IMG/VR virus record: IMGVR_UViG_3300023076_000005
Coordinates: 1 to 41,122 of that record
Source: a virus
Lineage: Duplodnaviria; Caudoviricetes
DNA length: 41,122 nt
Strand: one strand, 5' to 3'
In this document: positions 6,547-15,194 of the stretch, one piece after another
How the letters are laid out: each line of letters begins with the position of its first letter
Position numbering within the stretch: the first letter of the stretch is position 1
The notes under the pieces: model-generated
What the model was told of the DNA's origin: nothing
Seen by the model: only the letters and a program-made list of their open reading frames with translations
Databases searched by the model: none
Made by a program: the position numbers and the translations under genes

Positions 6547-9221
6547 GTGACAGTCCAACACCGACATCCACTTGGGCGCGTCGTTACTGTGAAACGTTTG
6601 GCTTGGCACTGGTACCAATTCAACCCGGCGAGAAAGGCCCGAAAGGTAAGGGCTGGAATCAGCCGGGTAATTACATTGTTGACCCAGCGAAGGCCGAGGC
6701 ATTCTGGGAAAACAACCCTCACCACAACCTGGGCGTAGTGCTGGGGCCGAGTCGTATCTGTTCCTTGGATGTGGACAATGTGCAATGGACTCGGCACGTT
6801 CTTTACGAGCTGCTTGAACTTGATCTGGATGCGTTGGCGCTCGCGTACCCGACGGTCGTCGGTAACCCGCTGCGCTTTCGTGTTCTGTTTCAGGTTCCAG
6901 ACGGGATTGACCTCACCCGGCACGCGCTATCTTGGCCTCACGAAAATGACCCGGACGGATCGATTCATAAGTCGATCATGCTGAAAGCCAACGCCGCTCG
7001 GGATGCTGGCGATACAGCTCGCGAAGCCCTATATAAGGCGGATGCGGAGAACTACAAGCGGTTTACGGTGTTCGAGTTGCGTGCCGGTCTTGTGCAGGAC
7101 GTGTTGCCTCCATCGACTCACCCAGGCACCGGCAAGCCATACACCTGGCGGACTGCGCCGGATGCAGCGGGCCTGCCTGTTCTGATTGGTGATCTGCTGA
7201 ATATCTGGAAGAACTGGGACATTTTCAAACGCGACGGTGAAGCTGCATGCCCATGGGCACCTAAGGCCGTCCAGCCAGCAGCAAAGTCCAAACCGAAACC
7301 CAAGGCTGTCGCAGGGGCCAGTGTTCGACCGTCCGTGATTGATGAATTCAACCGCTGCCACGATGTTGAAGAGATTCTGCGCGGCAACGGCTACACGAAG
7401 AAGGGCAGTAAGTGGCTGTACCCGCAGAGCAGTACCGGGCTGCCGGGTATCACTGTTGCTGACGGCAAAGTGTATTCCCACCATGCTGCAGATCCTTTGG
7501 CGAACGGTCACCAGAACGATGCGTTCGAGGTGTTCTGTTTGCTTGAGCACGACGGCGATCAATCCAAGGCTGTGAAGGAGGCTGCCCAGATGTTGGGTAT
7601 GCGGTCGACGCGAGCCGGTTCGAGCGATCTTCCCCCGGCCCCAACTGCCGAGAGCAGCGAGCCTGGCCCTGCCGCCGAGGCGGCTCCTGCAGCTGACGGG
7701 GGGGCGGGGGAGGAATTGACCATTGAGCACGTACTCCGCCGTTTCGCCTTGGTTGAAGGCACGACGCATGTATGGGATTTCGACAAAGCCCGCGTGATGA
7801 AGAAATCTGCATTCGAGGCGCGTATCGGGAAGCCGCTCGCCAAGCAGTGGCTGGAGGACACCAACAAGAAACTGATTGCTGACGATCAGGTAAAGGAAAT
7901 CGAGCAAGCCCGGAAAATGGCGGGCAAGAAGGGCGGCGCGCTGGGGATGCGACCGGTCGAGAGGTACGTCTATATCGACGGGACCAAGGATGTGTGGGAC
8001 CGGGAAAAGAAACGCAGGATCGCCGAGGGCGCAGTGAAGATGGCACTGGGCGATACGTACCCGCTGTGGTTGAACAGCAGCGAGCGCCGCGTCGTGGATG
8101 TCGAACACATTGTTTTTGATCCGACGATGACCAAAGACCCGAGTATTTACATCAACACGTTCGACGGTTTGCCGCTGGAGCCAGTTGATGATGACGCCGC
8201 GTGTGAGAACCTGCGCTGGTTGATTTCCTTCCTGTGCAACCACGATGAAGCGGCAACCCAATGGCTAACCCGTTGGCTCGCCTATCCGCTGCAACACCTT
8301 GGCGCGAAGATGGATACCGCCGTGCTAATGCATTCGACGATGGAGGGCTCGGGTAAAAGCCTGCTGTTCGCCGATACCTTCGGCGCGCTGTACGGACAAT
8401 ACGCGGCCACTGTTGGACAGACCCAGCTGGAGAGCAACTTCAACGCCTGGCAAAGCCGCAAAATGTGGGCTGTGTTCGAAGAGGTTGTCAGTCGCGACCA
8501 GCGTTACAACCAGGTCGGCAAGATCAAGCACCTGGTCACCGGCAAGACCGTGCGGATGGAATCGAAATTCATCAATGGCTGGGAAGAGGCCAACCACATG
8601 AATGCGGTCTTCCTCAGTAACGAGATCCTGCCTTGGCCGATCAGCGACAGTGATCGCCGCATGCTGGTGATGTGGCCCATGGAAACCTTGCCGGTCGCCC
8701 GACAGAAGGCCATCGGGCGGGAGCTTGAGTCCGGCGCGGTCGCGGCGCTCTATGGTTGGCTGCTGCGCGTTGACCTGGGTGACTTCAACCAGCGGACCCG
8801 GCCGCCCAGTACCGCGTCTCGTGAGCGATTGGTGGCGCTGAGTCGGGCTGGTTGGCAGACGTTCCTTCACCTTTGGCGTTATGGCGAACTGGGTCAGGAA
8901 CTCTGGGGCGCCTGTCTTTCCACCGACCTCTATGCCTTGTTCCTTGAATGGTGTCAGCGCAACAAAGAGCACGTCATGAGCCAGACGAAGTTCTCCCTGT
9001 TTATCAGCTCCGAGGTGGAGAAGACCCGGTCGATACCCTGGACGGAGCGCAATGACCGCCGCTTCGGTGCCTTCTTTGTGCCCGACGATCCTGATGCTTC
9101 CCTGCCCCCATCAATGAAGGCGCCGGACTTGGGCAAAGCGGTCGATGCGTGGCGGGGTAAGGCGCGTCTGGCAGGCTGGAACGTGGATGGTTGGGACCAT
9201 ATGAAGGCGGCTGCGGCATGA
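6543..9221 (+). CDS. Bifunctional primase-polymerase / SF3-type helicase replication protein
   Basis: 892 aa; N-terminal Prim-Pol motifs (PGEKGP, NLGVVLG, LDVD, LPPS.HP); C-terminal Walker A EGSGKS and Walker B AVFEE. Confidence 0.88.
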   Translation: MSDSPTPTSTWARRYCETFGLALVPIQPGEKGPKGKGWNQPGNYIVDPAKAEAFWENNPHHNLGVVLGPSRICSLDVDNVQWTRHVLYELLELDLDALALAYPTVVGNPLRFRVLFQVPDGIDLTRHALSWPHENDPDGSIHKSIMLKANAARDAGDTAREALYKADAENYKRFTVFELRAGLVQDVLPPSTHPGTGKPYTWRTAPDAAGLPVLIGDLLNIWKNWDIFKRDGEAACPWAPKAVQPAAKSKPKPKAVAGASVRPSVIDEFNRCHDVEEILRGNGYTKKGSKWLYPQSSTGLPGITVADGKVYSHHAADPLANGHQNDAFEVFCLLEHDGDQSKAVKEAAQMLGMRSTRAGSSDLPPAPTAESSEPGPAAEAAPAADGGAGEELTIEHVLRRFALVEGTTHVWDFDKARVMKKSAFEARIGKPLAKQWLEDTNKKLIADDQVKEIEQARKMAGKKGGALGMRPVERYVYIDGTKDVWDREKKRRIAEGAVKMALGDTYPLWLNSSERRVVDVEHIVFDPTMTKDPSIYINTFDGLPLEPVDDDAACENLRWLISFLCNHDEAATQWLTRWLAYPLQHLGAKMDTAVLMHSTMEGSGKSLLFADTFGALYGQYAATVGQTQLESNFNAWQSRKMWAVFEEVVSRDQRYNQVGKIKHLVTGKTVRMESKFINGWEEANHMNAVFLSNEILPWPISDSDRRMLVMWPMETLPVARQKAIGRELESGAVAALYGWLLRVDLGDFNQRTRPPSTASRERLVALSRAGWQTFLHLWRYGELGQELWGACLSTDLYALFLEWCQRNKEHVMSQTKFSLFISSEVEKTRSIPWTERNDRRFGAFFVPDDPDASLPPSMKAPDLGKAVDAWRGKARLAGWNVDGWDHMKAAAA

Positions 9222-9235
9222 GTGCATCGAAAAGT

Positions 9236-9525
9236 GTGTTGGGTGTGTTGGGTATGTGTGGGGTTGGTTTTGACTACTCGACACAGTTCAAGGCCCCGAA
9301 ATCCGTGCGTTGTAGCGCCGTGTGCTGGGTGTGTTGGGTTTGGCGTCGCGCACGCGCATGCATGACGACAAATGCACCATGTTCAACGCCAAGTTTTTTT
9401 TCTTATGCGAGGACAAATAAACCCAACCAACCCAACACACTCAACACAAATAGTTTTAATGCATTGTTTTTAAAGGGTTTTAGCTGTGTTGGGTTTGTGT
9501 TGGGTTGCGGTATTTGTGTGTTGGG
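9236..9525. repeat. Iteron cluster, putative replication origin
   Basis: GTGTTGGG at 9236, 9245, 9331, 9486, 9497 and 9518; inverted CCCAACAC at 9431; degenerate copies; AT-rich patch at ~9447-9482. Confidence 0.7.
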
Positions 9526-9549
9526 TTCTGTGATTGGGGGGAAAGGGCG

Positions 9550-10017
9550 GTGATCAAGGAAATTGACGAGCTGATGGTGCATTGGGGAGATCAGAAACGT
9601 GAGCGCGGCCAGGGCGGAGGATTGGGCAGCCAGCTCGGCTCGATCATTGAGTGGGGCGGTGCACCGCCGCGCGGCACTCCTGGCTCCCGCATCCTCGGTA
9701 ATACGGGTAGTGGCCTCGATCACATAGCCGCTGAGATCGACGCAGCCGTTGCCGCGCTTGATCGTTTGTCAGGGCGCGGTCCTCGACTGGCGAAACTTGC
9801 TCGGTCCAAGTATTTGATAGCCGCCACGATGCGCGAGCAAATGCGGGAAGCTGGGATTCCAGAGGGAGCAGACCGCACATACAGAAATTATGTCCATCGG
9901 CTGCATCAGCAGGTGGCATTGATTCTCGCTGACCGTAATAGCTCGGCGCGCTGCGGACTAGGTCAGTTTATTCGGCATAGCTACGCTCGTAGCATGGTTG
10001 CAAAAATTGGGCGTTGA
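9550..10017 (+). CDS. Putative late-gene regulator (PA0613-like / Q position)
   Basis: GTG start MIKEIDELMVHWG; C-terminal HTH-like RTYRNYVHRLHQQV; lies between replication and lysis genes. Confidence 0.55.
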   Translation: MIKEIDELMVHWGDQKRERGQGGGLGSQLGSIIEWGGAPPRGTPGSRILGNTGSGLDHIAAEIDAAVAALDRLSGRGPRLAKLARSKYLIAATMREQMREAGIPEGADRTYRNYVHRLHQQVALILADRNSSARCGLGQFIRHSYARSMVAKIGR

Positions 10018-10158
10018 TGCAGCGTCTTGGCATTTGCCCGAACGTGCGCACTAGCAGTGCGAGGTATAAGCGAGGCCAGCGGGTGCAACAACCTGACAAC
10101 TGGACGTAGTGGTGTCATTTTGCTAGCGTTCCCTGTCGAACCATGGATGCCCCTACTT

Positions 10159-11229
10159 ATGAGCAGTAAATATCAAATATTCGTCAGCTCGACATACAAT
10201 GACTTGAAGGACCATAGAGATCTTGTCATCAAGGCAGTTTTGGAAATGGACCACATTCCAGTAGGTATGGAAATGTTTAGTGCTGCTGATGAAGAACAGT
10301 GGAGCATCATCCAGCGGCAGATCGATCAGAGCGATTACTATGTATTAATCATGGCTAACCGATACGGATCGGTTACCCAGGAAAATATAAGCTTTACCGA
10401 GAAAGAGTATGATTATGCGCGAGCTCAGGGGATTCCTTGTTTAGCTTTTGTGTTAGATTCCTTGGCTCCTTGGCCTTCGAATTTCACAGACACTGAACGC
10501 TCTCAAGTCTTAGCTCTGAACAAGTTTCGGGAAAAGGTTAAACTGAAACCTGTCTCTTTTTGGAAGTCTAATGAAGATTTATATGGGAAGTGTTCTATAG
10601 CGTTGATGAAGGCCTTCATTGCCTATCCTCGCGAGGGTTGGATACGAGCATCCAAGTACTCAGATGTCAAAACGACAAATGAACTTGCTAGGCTCAGCGC
10701 TGAGAACGCGCAGTTACGAAGCGTCGTAGACGCAAAGAATGAAGTGGAGGAAAAAGAAGCGATCATCAGGAATGCTATTCGAACACTTCAGGCCAATAAA
10801 AGGCCTTTGCATATTTGGAAGAAGAACGCAACGGCTTATGAGCTTGCCAAAACGACTTCTTTGTTTGAGCTGTTTCACTCTCTTGCTCCAGAGTTAATTA
10901 TTGAAAATTCTGTAGCTTATATGTCCAACTTCGCTGCTCTTATAGTGGGTGATCTGAAGTCTGGGGAATATCGCACTGAATTTCCAGTGCCATCTAACTC
11001 TGTAAAAGAGTGGATGGTGGATTTCTCAACGCTTGGATTGGTAAAACCTTCTAGCAGAGAAAAACCCGTAGGAGACAAAGATGAATACTGGACGCTTACG
11101 GAGCAAGGTGTTGCTGCCCTTTCGTTAATCCGACTGGTAGTTCTTCAGCAGCCCATGACATCTGAGAGCGAGCCGGGAAAAACTGTGGAAGGAGCTGCGC
11201 CAATCGTAAGCCAAGAAGCACCGGCATAA
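10159..11229 (+). CDS. DUF4062-domain protein (moron, candidate defence gene)
   Basis: N-terminal KYQIFVSSTYNDLKDHR...GMEMF.A...SDYYVLI...RYGS...SFTEKEYDYA; AT-richer than flanks. Confidence 0.85.
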   Translation: MSSKYQIFVSSTYNDLKDHRDLVIKAVLEMDHIPVGMEMFSAADEEQWSIIQRQIDQSDYYVLIMANRYGSVTQENISFTEKEYDYARAQGIPCLAFVLDSLAPWPSNFTDTERSQVLALNKFREKVKLKPVSFWKSNEDLYGKCSIALMKAFIAYPREGWIRASKYSDVKTTNELARLSAENAQLRSVVDAKNEVEEKEAIIRNAIRTLQANKRPLHIWKKNATAYELAKTTSLFELFHSLAPELIIENSVAYMSNFAALIVGDLKSGEYRTEFPVPSNSVKEWMVDFSTLGLVKPSSREKPVGDKDEYWTLTEQGVAALSLIRLVVLQQPMTSESEPGKTVEGAAPIVSQEAPA

Positions 11230-11264
11230 GCCATGCTTAAGTATTGCCGTTCGTCGCGGTACTT

Positions 11265-11308
11265 TGTCGCGTTGTGGTCGTATCTATGTCGTATTGCTGT
11301 CGTGTTCT
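11265..11308 (+). repeat. Four 11-bp phased repeats upstream of the late operon
   Basis: TGTCGCGTTGT / GGTCGTATCTA / TGTCGTATTGC / TGTCGTGTTCT; GTCG at 11266, 11277, 11288 and 11299. Confidence 0.65.
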
Positions 11309-11442
11309 GTCCAACCTTTAAACAGTGCTTTTCGGTTTTTCCGAACGCATGTACAACGTGGGCATGATCTGAGATTTGCGCCTGAGTCGCCCACCAGAGC
11401 ACGTGCTGTGCACGCTTCACCGGCCTTCCCCAGGCCGTCACC

Positions 11443-11467
11443 AACCCCGCCTCGTGCGGGGTTTTTT
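11443..11467 (+). terminator. Leader terminator before the holin (tR'-like)
   Basis: AACCCCGC-CTCGT-GCGGGGTT followed by a T run. Confidence 0.8.
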
Positions 11468-11504
11468 ATTTCCGCCCCTTGGGTGATTGCAATGGAGTAC
11501 GACC

Positions 11505-11873
11505 ATGGGCGAGCCAGCGAGCACGACCGCATCAGTCGTGGTGGCCGGTGCAGCCGGTGCAGGATTCGCGGGGCTGGTAACGGGCGTTGACTTGCTGGCT
11601 GCCATTGGTGCGCTCGCCGGTGCGCTGGTGTTCTTCACCACGACTGAAGAGCTGCCAGTCTGGAAGCGAGTTGTTTTCTTTCTGGTGTCCTTCGTTATGG
11701 GTTACCTGTTCGCTCCCGCGCTGGTTGACTTCGAAGTTTGGGGCATCCGGCCATTCAAGTACTCGGGACCAGCAGCATTCGGTGCTGCCGTTCTGGTCGT
11801 GACTGTTGCCCTTGCTGCCATTCGGCGGCGGGGCAGGCTCGGCGCTGAACAGCCTGGAGGTCAGGATGGATAA
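11505..11873 (+). CDS. Putative holin
   Basis: 122 aa, several TM segments, MGEPAST start, first gene of the late operon. Confidence 0.75.
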   Translation: MGEPASTTASVVVAGAAGAGFAGLVTGVDLLAAIGALAGALVFFTTTEELPVWKRVVFFLVSFVMGYLFAPALVDFEVWGIRPFKYSGPAAFGAAVLVVTVALAAIRRRGRLGAEQPGGQDG

Positions 11874-12159
11874 CCCGTTGATTCCCGCACTGTTGACTCA
11901 AGCCACCTTCTGGTTGTGCTTGGGTCTGTTCGTTCGCCTCTTCACCTTTCGCCGCAAGGGTGCGCGTTTCCGTCGTGACATGAGCTGTCTTGCCTGGCTG
12001 GTGATGGTCGGGGCTGGTGCCACGATGATGTACATCAGCAAGGGATTGCTCGTGATGCCGCTGGAGTCATGGCCGCTGGTGGTATTGCTCGCGGTGTTCG
12101 TCGGCTCAGTCTGGCAGAGCGCCGGAAACGTCGCGCGGGTCTGGAAGGAAAACAGATGA
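11866..12159 (+). CDS. Phage holin-family membrane protein
   Basis: 97 aa, 3 TM; FRRKGARFR and GNVARV motifs. Confidence 0.75.
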   Translation: MDNPLIPALLTQATFWLCLGLFVRLFTFRRKGARFRRDMSCLAWLVMVGAGATMMYISKGLLVMPLESWPLVVLLAVFVGSVWQSAGNVARVWKENR

Positions 12160-12518
12160 GCGATGCAGAGCGAACGAGCAGCGCGGCGCGAGGTTACGGA
12201 TACCGTTGGCAGCAGTCGCGGGACGCTTTCCTGCGGGCCAACCCGCTGTGCTGTATGTGCTCGACGGAACTGCGGCCTGCCGCGGCAATCATCGTCGACC
12301 ACAAGATTCCCCCTCGGTTGAAGGATGCCAAGGCCAGCGGAGATGCAGAACGCATCAAGACCGCATGGAAATTGTTCTGGAACACGTCGAACTGGCAGCC
12401 GCTCTGCAAGCTTTGCCACGACTCGACCAAACAACGGCTGGAGAAATCCGGACGAATGGTTGGCTGTACAGAGGCTGGAATGCCCCTTGACCCGAATCAT
12501 CACTGGAATCGGCGGTGA
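12156..12518 (+). CDS. HNH endonuclease (terminase-associated)
   Basis: RGYGYRWQ, PLCCMC, VDHKIP and NWQPLCKLCHDS; precedes terS. Confidence 0.9.
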   Translation: MSDAERTSSAARGYGYRWQQSRDAFLRANPLCCMCSTELRPAAAIIVDHKIPPRLKDAKASGDAERIKTAWKLFWNTSNWQPLCKLCHDSTKQRLEKSGRMVGCTEAGMPLDPNHHWNRR

Positions 12519-12568
12519 CCTCGAAAACCGGGGATTTCGCACGGTTTCGGTGCGAATAGGCAAAGCCT

Positions 12569-12665
12569 ATGGGTAGGGGGGGGTAAAAATGTTTTTACCT
12601 ATCCATAGCTAGACCGCCTCTCGCTCTCTGTGCGCAAAGTCGGGAAAAATGGGTAGGGGGGGGTA
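12569..12665. other. Probable cos region
   Basis: 17-bp direct repeat ATGGGTAGGGGGGGGTA at 12569 and 12649, between HNH and terS; position typical of cos in HK97-like phages. Confidence 0.55.
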
Positions 12666-12684
12666 TCGAATTTCGAGGTGAAAA

Positions 12685-13218
12685 ATGGCTGGAAATGGAA
12701 ATTCTGGGCGACCAGCGAAGCCCGCGGTCCTGCACGTTTTGCAGGGCAATCGTAGCAGAAAAAACTTCGATGAGTTGATTGCTGAAGTTAAAGAACCGGC
12801 GGTGCCAGTGTGTGCGCCACCGATGCCCGACGTGCTCAGCGATGTTGCCGTCGCCGAATGGGAGCGCCTGATCCCTGACCTGATGGCGCTCGGTCTGGTT
12901 TCACGGATGGACCAAATGGCGCTCGCCACTTATTGCCAGGCGTATGCGGACTGGATTCGGTACCAGCGCCTGATCGCCGCACGCAATTCAGCCTCCGCCG
13001 ATGAATTGGGCGGCGACATCCAAACCTTCAAGACCGGCGCTCAGCAGATGCACGTGCTTCGGCAGCTCGCCAATGACGCTGAAAAGCGCGCGAACGCCGC
13101 TGGCGCGGCGTTTGGTTTTTCACCCATGGCCCGCCGTAACCTGAAAACGGCTACGCAGCCGCAAGGCGAGCTATTTCCCAATGAGCAACGAGACGCCGCA
13201 GACCGATACTTCAGCTGA
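12685..13218 (+). CDS. terS: Terminase small subunit (P27 family)
   Basis: GRPAKP..L..LQGN, EWERL, LATYCQAY and FGFSPMAR. Confidence 0.9.
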   Translation: MAGNGNSGRPAKPAVLHVLQGNRSRKNFDELIAEVKEPAVPVCAPPMPDVLSDVAVAEWERLIPDLMALGLVSRMDQMALATYCQAYADWIRYQRLIAARNSASADELGGDIQTFKTGAQQMHVLRQLANDAEKRANAAGAAFGFSPMARRNLKTATQPQGELFPNEQRDAADRYFS

Positions 13219-15007
13219 TGACCGTGTCACCGCATTCGCTCACGCGGTGCTGGCGGAAGAGATAGTTGCTGGTCCTGATGTTCGTAACGCCTGTCGTCGG
13301 CATCTGCGCGACCTGGAGCACGGCCCGGCACGTGGCCTGGTCTGGGATCAGGCGCTTGCTGACCGCGCCATCGGTTTTTTCGAAGACGTACTTTGCCTCA
13401 ACGGTGGCGATTATGAGGGGATGCCATTCTTCCTCGCGCCCTGGCAAGCATTTGTCGTAGGCAGTCTGTTCGGCTGGATGACCGATAGCGGCCGTCGTCG
13501 CTTCCGCCTGGCTTACATCGAAACCGGCAAAGGGTCAGGGAAAAGCCCGCTGGTGGGTGGCATTGGGTTGTACGGCCTGGTCGCCGATGGCGAGCAGCGC
13601 GCTGAGATATACGCTGCTGCGACCAAGCGCGATCAGGCCATGATCCTATTCCGCGATGCCGTGTCGATGGTGAACATGTCGAAGCGGCTGGCAAGCCGGG
13701 TGGTCCAGTCGGGCCGCGACGAGAAGGTCTGGAACTTGTTCTACCCGAACACCTATTCGTTCTTCCGTCCGATCAGTGCCGATGAAGGGCAGTCCGGCCC
13801 GCGTCCGCACATCGGACTGCTGGACGAGGTGCACGAGCACAAGACAGCGACCGTCGTGAACATGATGCGCGCCGGTACCAAGAACCGGCGCAAGGCTCTG
13901 GTGGTGATGATCACCAACAGCGGTTCAGACAAGAAGACGGTGTGTGGTCAGTACCATGATCTTGGCGTACGGCTGTGTTCCGGTCAGGAAGAGGACGACA
14001 GTTTCTTCGCGTTCATCTGTTCGCTCGATGAGGGTGATGACCCATTCAAGGACGAGTCCTGCTGGGCCAAAGTGAACCCGTCGCTGGACTTCATCGCCGA
14101 AGGGCAGAGCGATGGTATTCCCGGTCGGCAGTACCTGCGCGAGCAGATCCAGTCGGCACGCGGCTTGCCCGCGCAAGAGTCTGTGGTTCGCAGGCTCAAC
14201 TTCTGCGAGTGGACCCAGGCAGAGTCGCCGTGGATTTCGTGGGACGTCTGGAGCCAGGCCGCTGAACGGGTGCCGATGCGCATCCTGCGGGACCGGCCTT
14301 GTGTCGCAGGGCTCGACCTTGCCAGTACCACTGACCTGACGTCGTTCGTGCTGCTGTTCTATCCGACCGCTGCCGATCCGCACTGGCGGTTGCTGTCGTA
14401 CTTCTGGATCCCCGACCACGACCTGGCTGAGCGAGAGAAGCGCGATAAGGTGCCTTATTCCTTGTGGATCAAGAATAAGGATTTGGAGACCACACCCGGC
14501 CGTGCCATCAGCAAGCTTCACGTGCTGCGGCGTTTGCAGGCGATCTGCGGATACTTCGACGTTCGCAAAATAGCTTACGACCGCTGGCGTATCGAAGACC
14601 TTAAACAGCTGATGGTCGAGCACGACATTGAGCTGCCGGAAATGGCCGCGTTCGGTCAGGGCTTCAAGGACATGGGGCCAGCGGTCGACGAGTTCGAGCG
14701 GCGCTTGCTGGGGCTCCCACAAAAGGCCGACGACGGTGACGTGATCGATTTATCGCCTGACGACTACGAGGTCATCAGCGAAGTCTCCGACGTCGAAACA
14801 CTACGCCATGACAACAACCCGGTAATGACCTGGTGTGCAGGTAACGCGGTCATCGTCAGCGATCCAGCGGGCAACCGAAAAGCGGACAAGGCTAAAGCCA
14901 CTGGGCGGATTGACGGCATGGTCGCTGCCTTGATGGCGACCGGGTTGAGCGGTACCGCCATTGAAGGCTCAGGAAAATCCATTTACGACGAAGGGGCAGG
15001 CATATGA
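13181..15007 (+). CDS. terL: Terminase large subunit
   Basis: GKGSGKS Walker A, LLDEVHEH Walker B, GLDLAS nuclease motif and RIDGMVA. Confidence 0.95.
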   Translation: MSNETPQTDTSADDRVTAFAHAVLAEEIVAGPDVRNACRRHLRDLEHGPARGLVWDQALADRAIGFFEDVLCLNGGDYEGMPFFLAPWQAFVVGSLFGWMTDSGRRRFRLAYIETGKGSGKSPLVGGIGLYGLVADGEQRAEIYAAATKRDQAMILFRDAVSMVNMSKRLASRVVQSGRDEKVWNLFYPNTYSFFRPISADEGQSGPRPHIGLLDEVHEHKTATVVNMMRAGTKNRRKALVVMITNSGSDKKTVCGQYHDLGVRLCSGQEEDDSFFAFICSLDEGDDPFKDESCWAKVNPSLDFIAEGQSDGIPGRQYLREQIQSARGLPAQESVVRRLNFCEWTQAESPWISWDVWSQAAERVPMRILRDRPCVAGLDLASTTDLTSFVLLFYPTAADPHWRLLSYFWIPDHDLAEREKRDKVPYSLWIKNKDLETTPGRAISKLHVLRRLQAICGYFDVRKIAYDRWRIEDLKQLMVEHDIELPEMAAFGQGFKDMGPAVDEFERRLLGLPQKADDGDVIDLSPDDYEVISEVSDVETLRHDNNPVMTWCAGNAVIVSDPAGNRKADKAKATGRIDGMVAALMATGLSGTAIEGSGKSIYDEGAGI

Positions 15008-15192
15008 ATTATCTGGTGCTGGTTGCATGGCTCGCCGGGCTGCTGGGCTTCGGCTTGGTGGTCGCGGGCGTGGCACTGCTCAGTGTTCCCGCCGCATTCA
15101 TCGTTGCAGGTTTAGGGCTGCTTGGCTGGGCCTGGCTGGCCGACCGTGCGTCTGCGGCGCCGGTTCCCGTTCATGACGGCGGGGGAGGTTGA
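15004..15192 (+). CDS. Small membrane protein between terL and portal
   Basis: 62 aa, two hydrophobic helices, ATGA overlap with terL. Confidence 0.7.
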   Translation: MNYLVLVAWLAGLLGFGLVVAGVALLSVPAAFIVAGLGLLGWAWLADRASAAPVPVHDGGGG

Positions 15193-15194
15193 GC

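Noticed and set aside
7029-8261. 410-aa antisense ORF (likewise 13925-14722 and 16475-17401)
   Set aside because: Shadow frames opposite well-supported GC-rich genes, with no recognisable motifs.
9191-9553. 120-aa Cys/Val/Gly-rich ORF and the antisense 9403-9723 ORF
   Set aside because: Their composition simply reflects translated GTGTTGGG iterons; more likely origin DNA.
9236-11308. CRISPR-like arrays from the short repeat clusters
   Set aside because: Repeats are 8-11 bp without unique regular spacers, and there are no cas genes.
11307-11325. CTGT...ACAG as a fourth LexA box
   Set aside because: The span is 19 bp rather than the required 16 bp.
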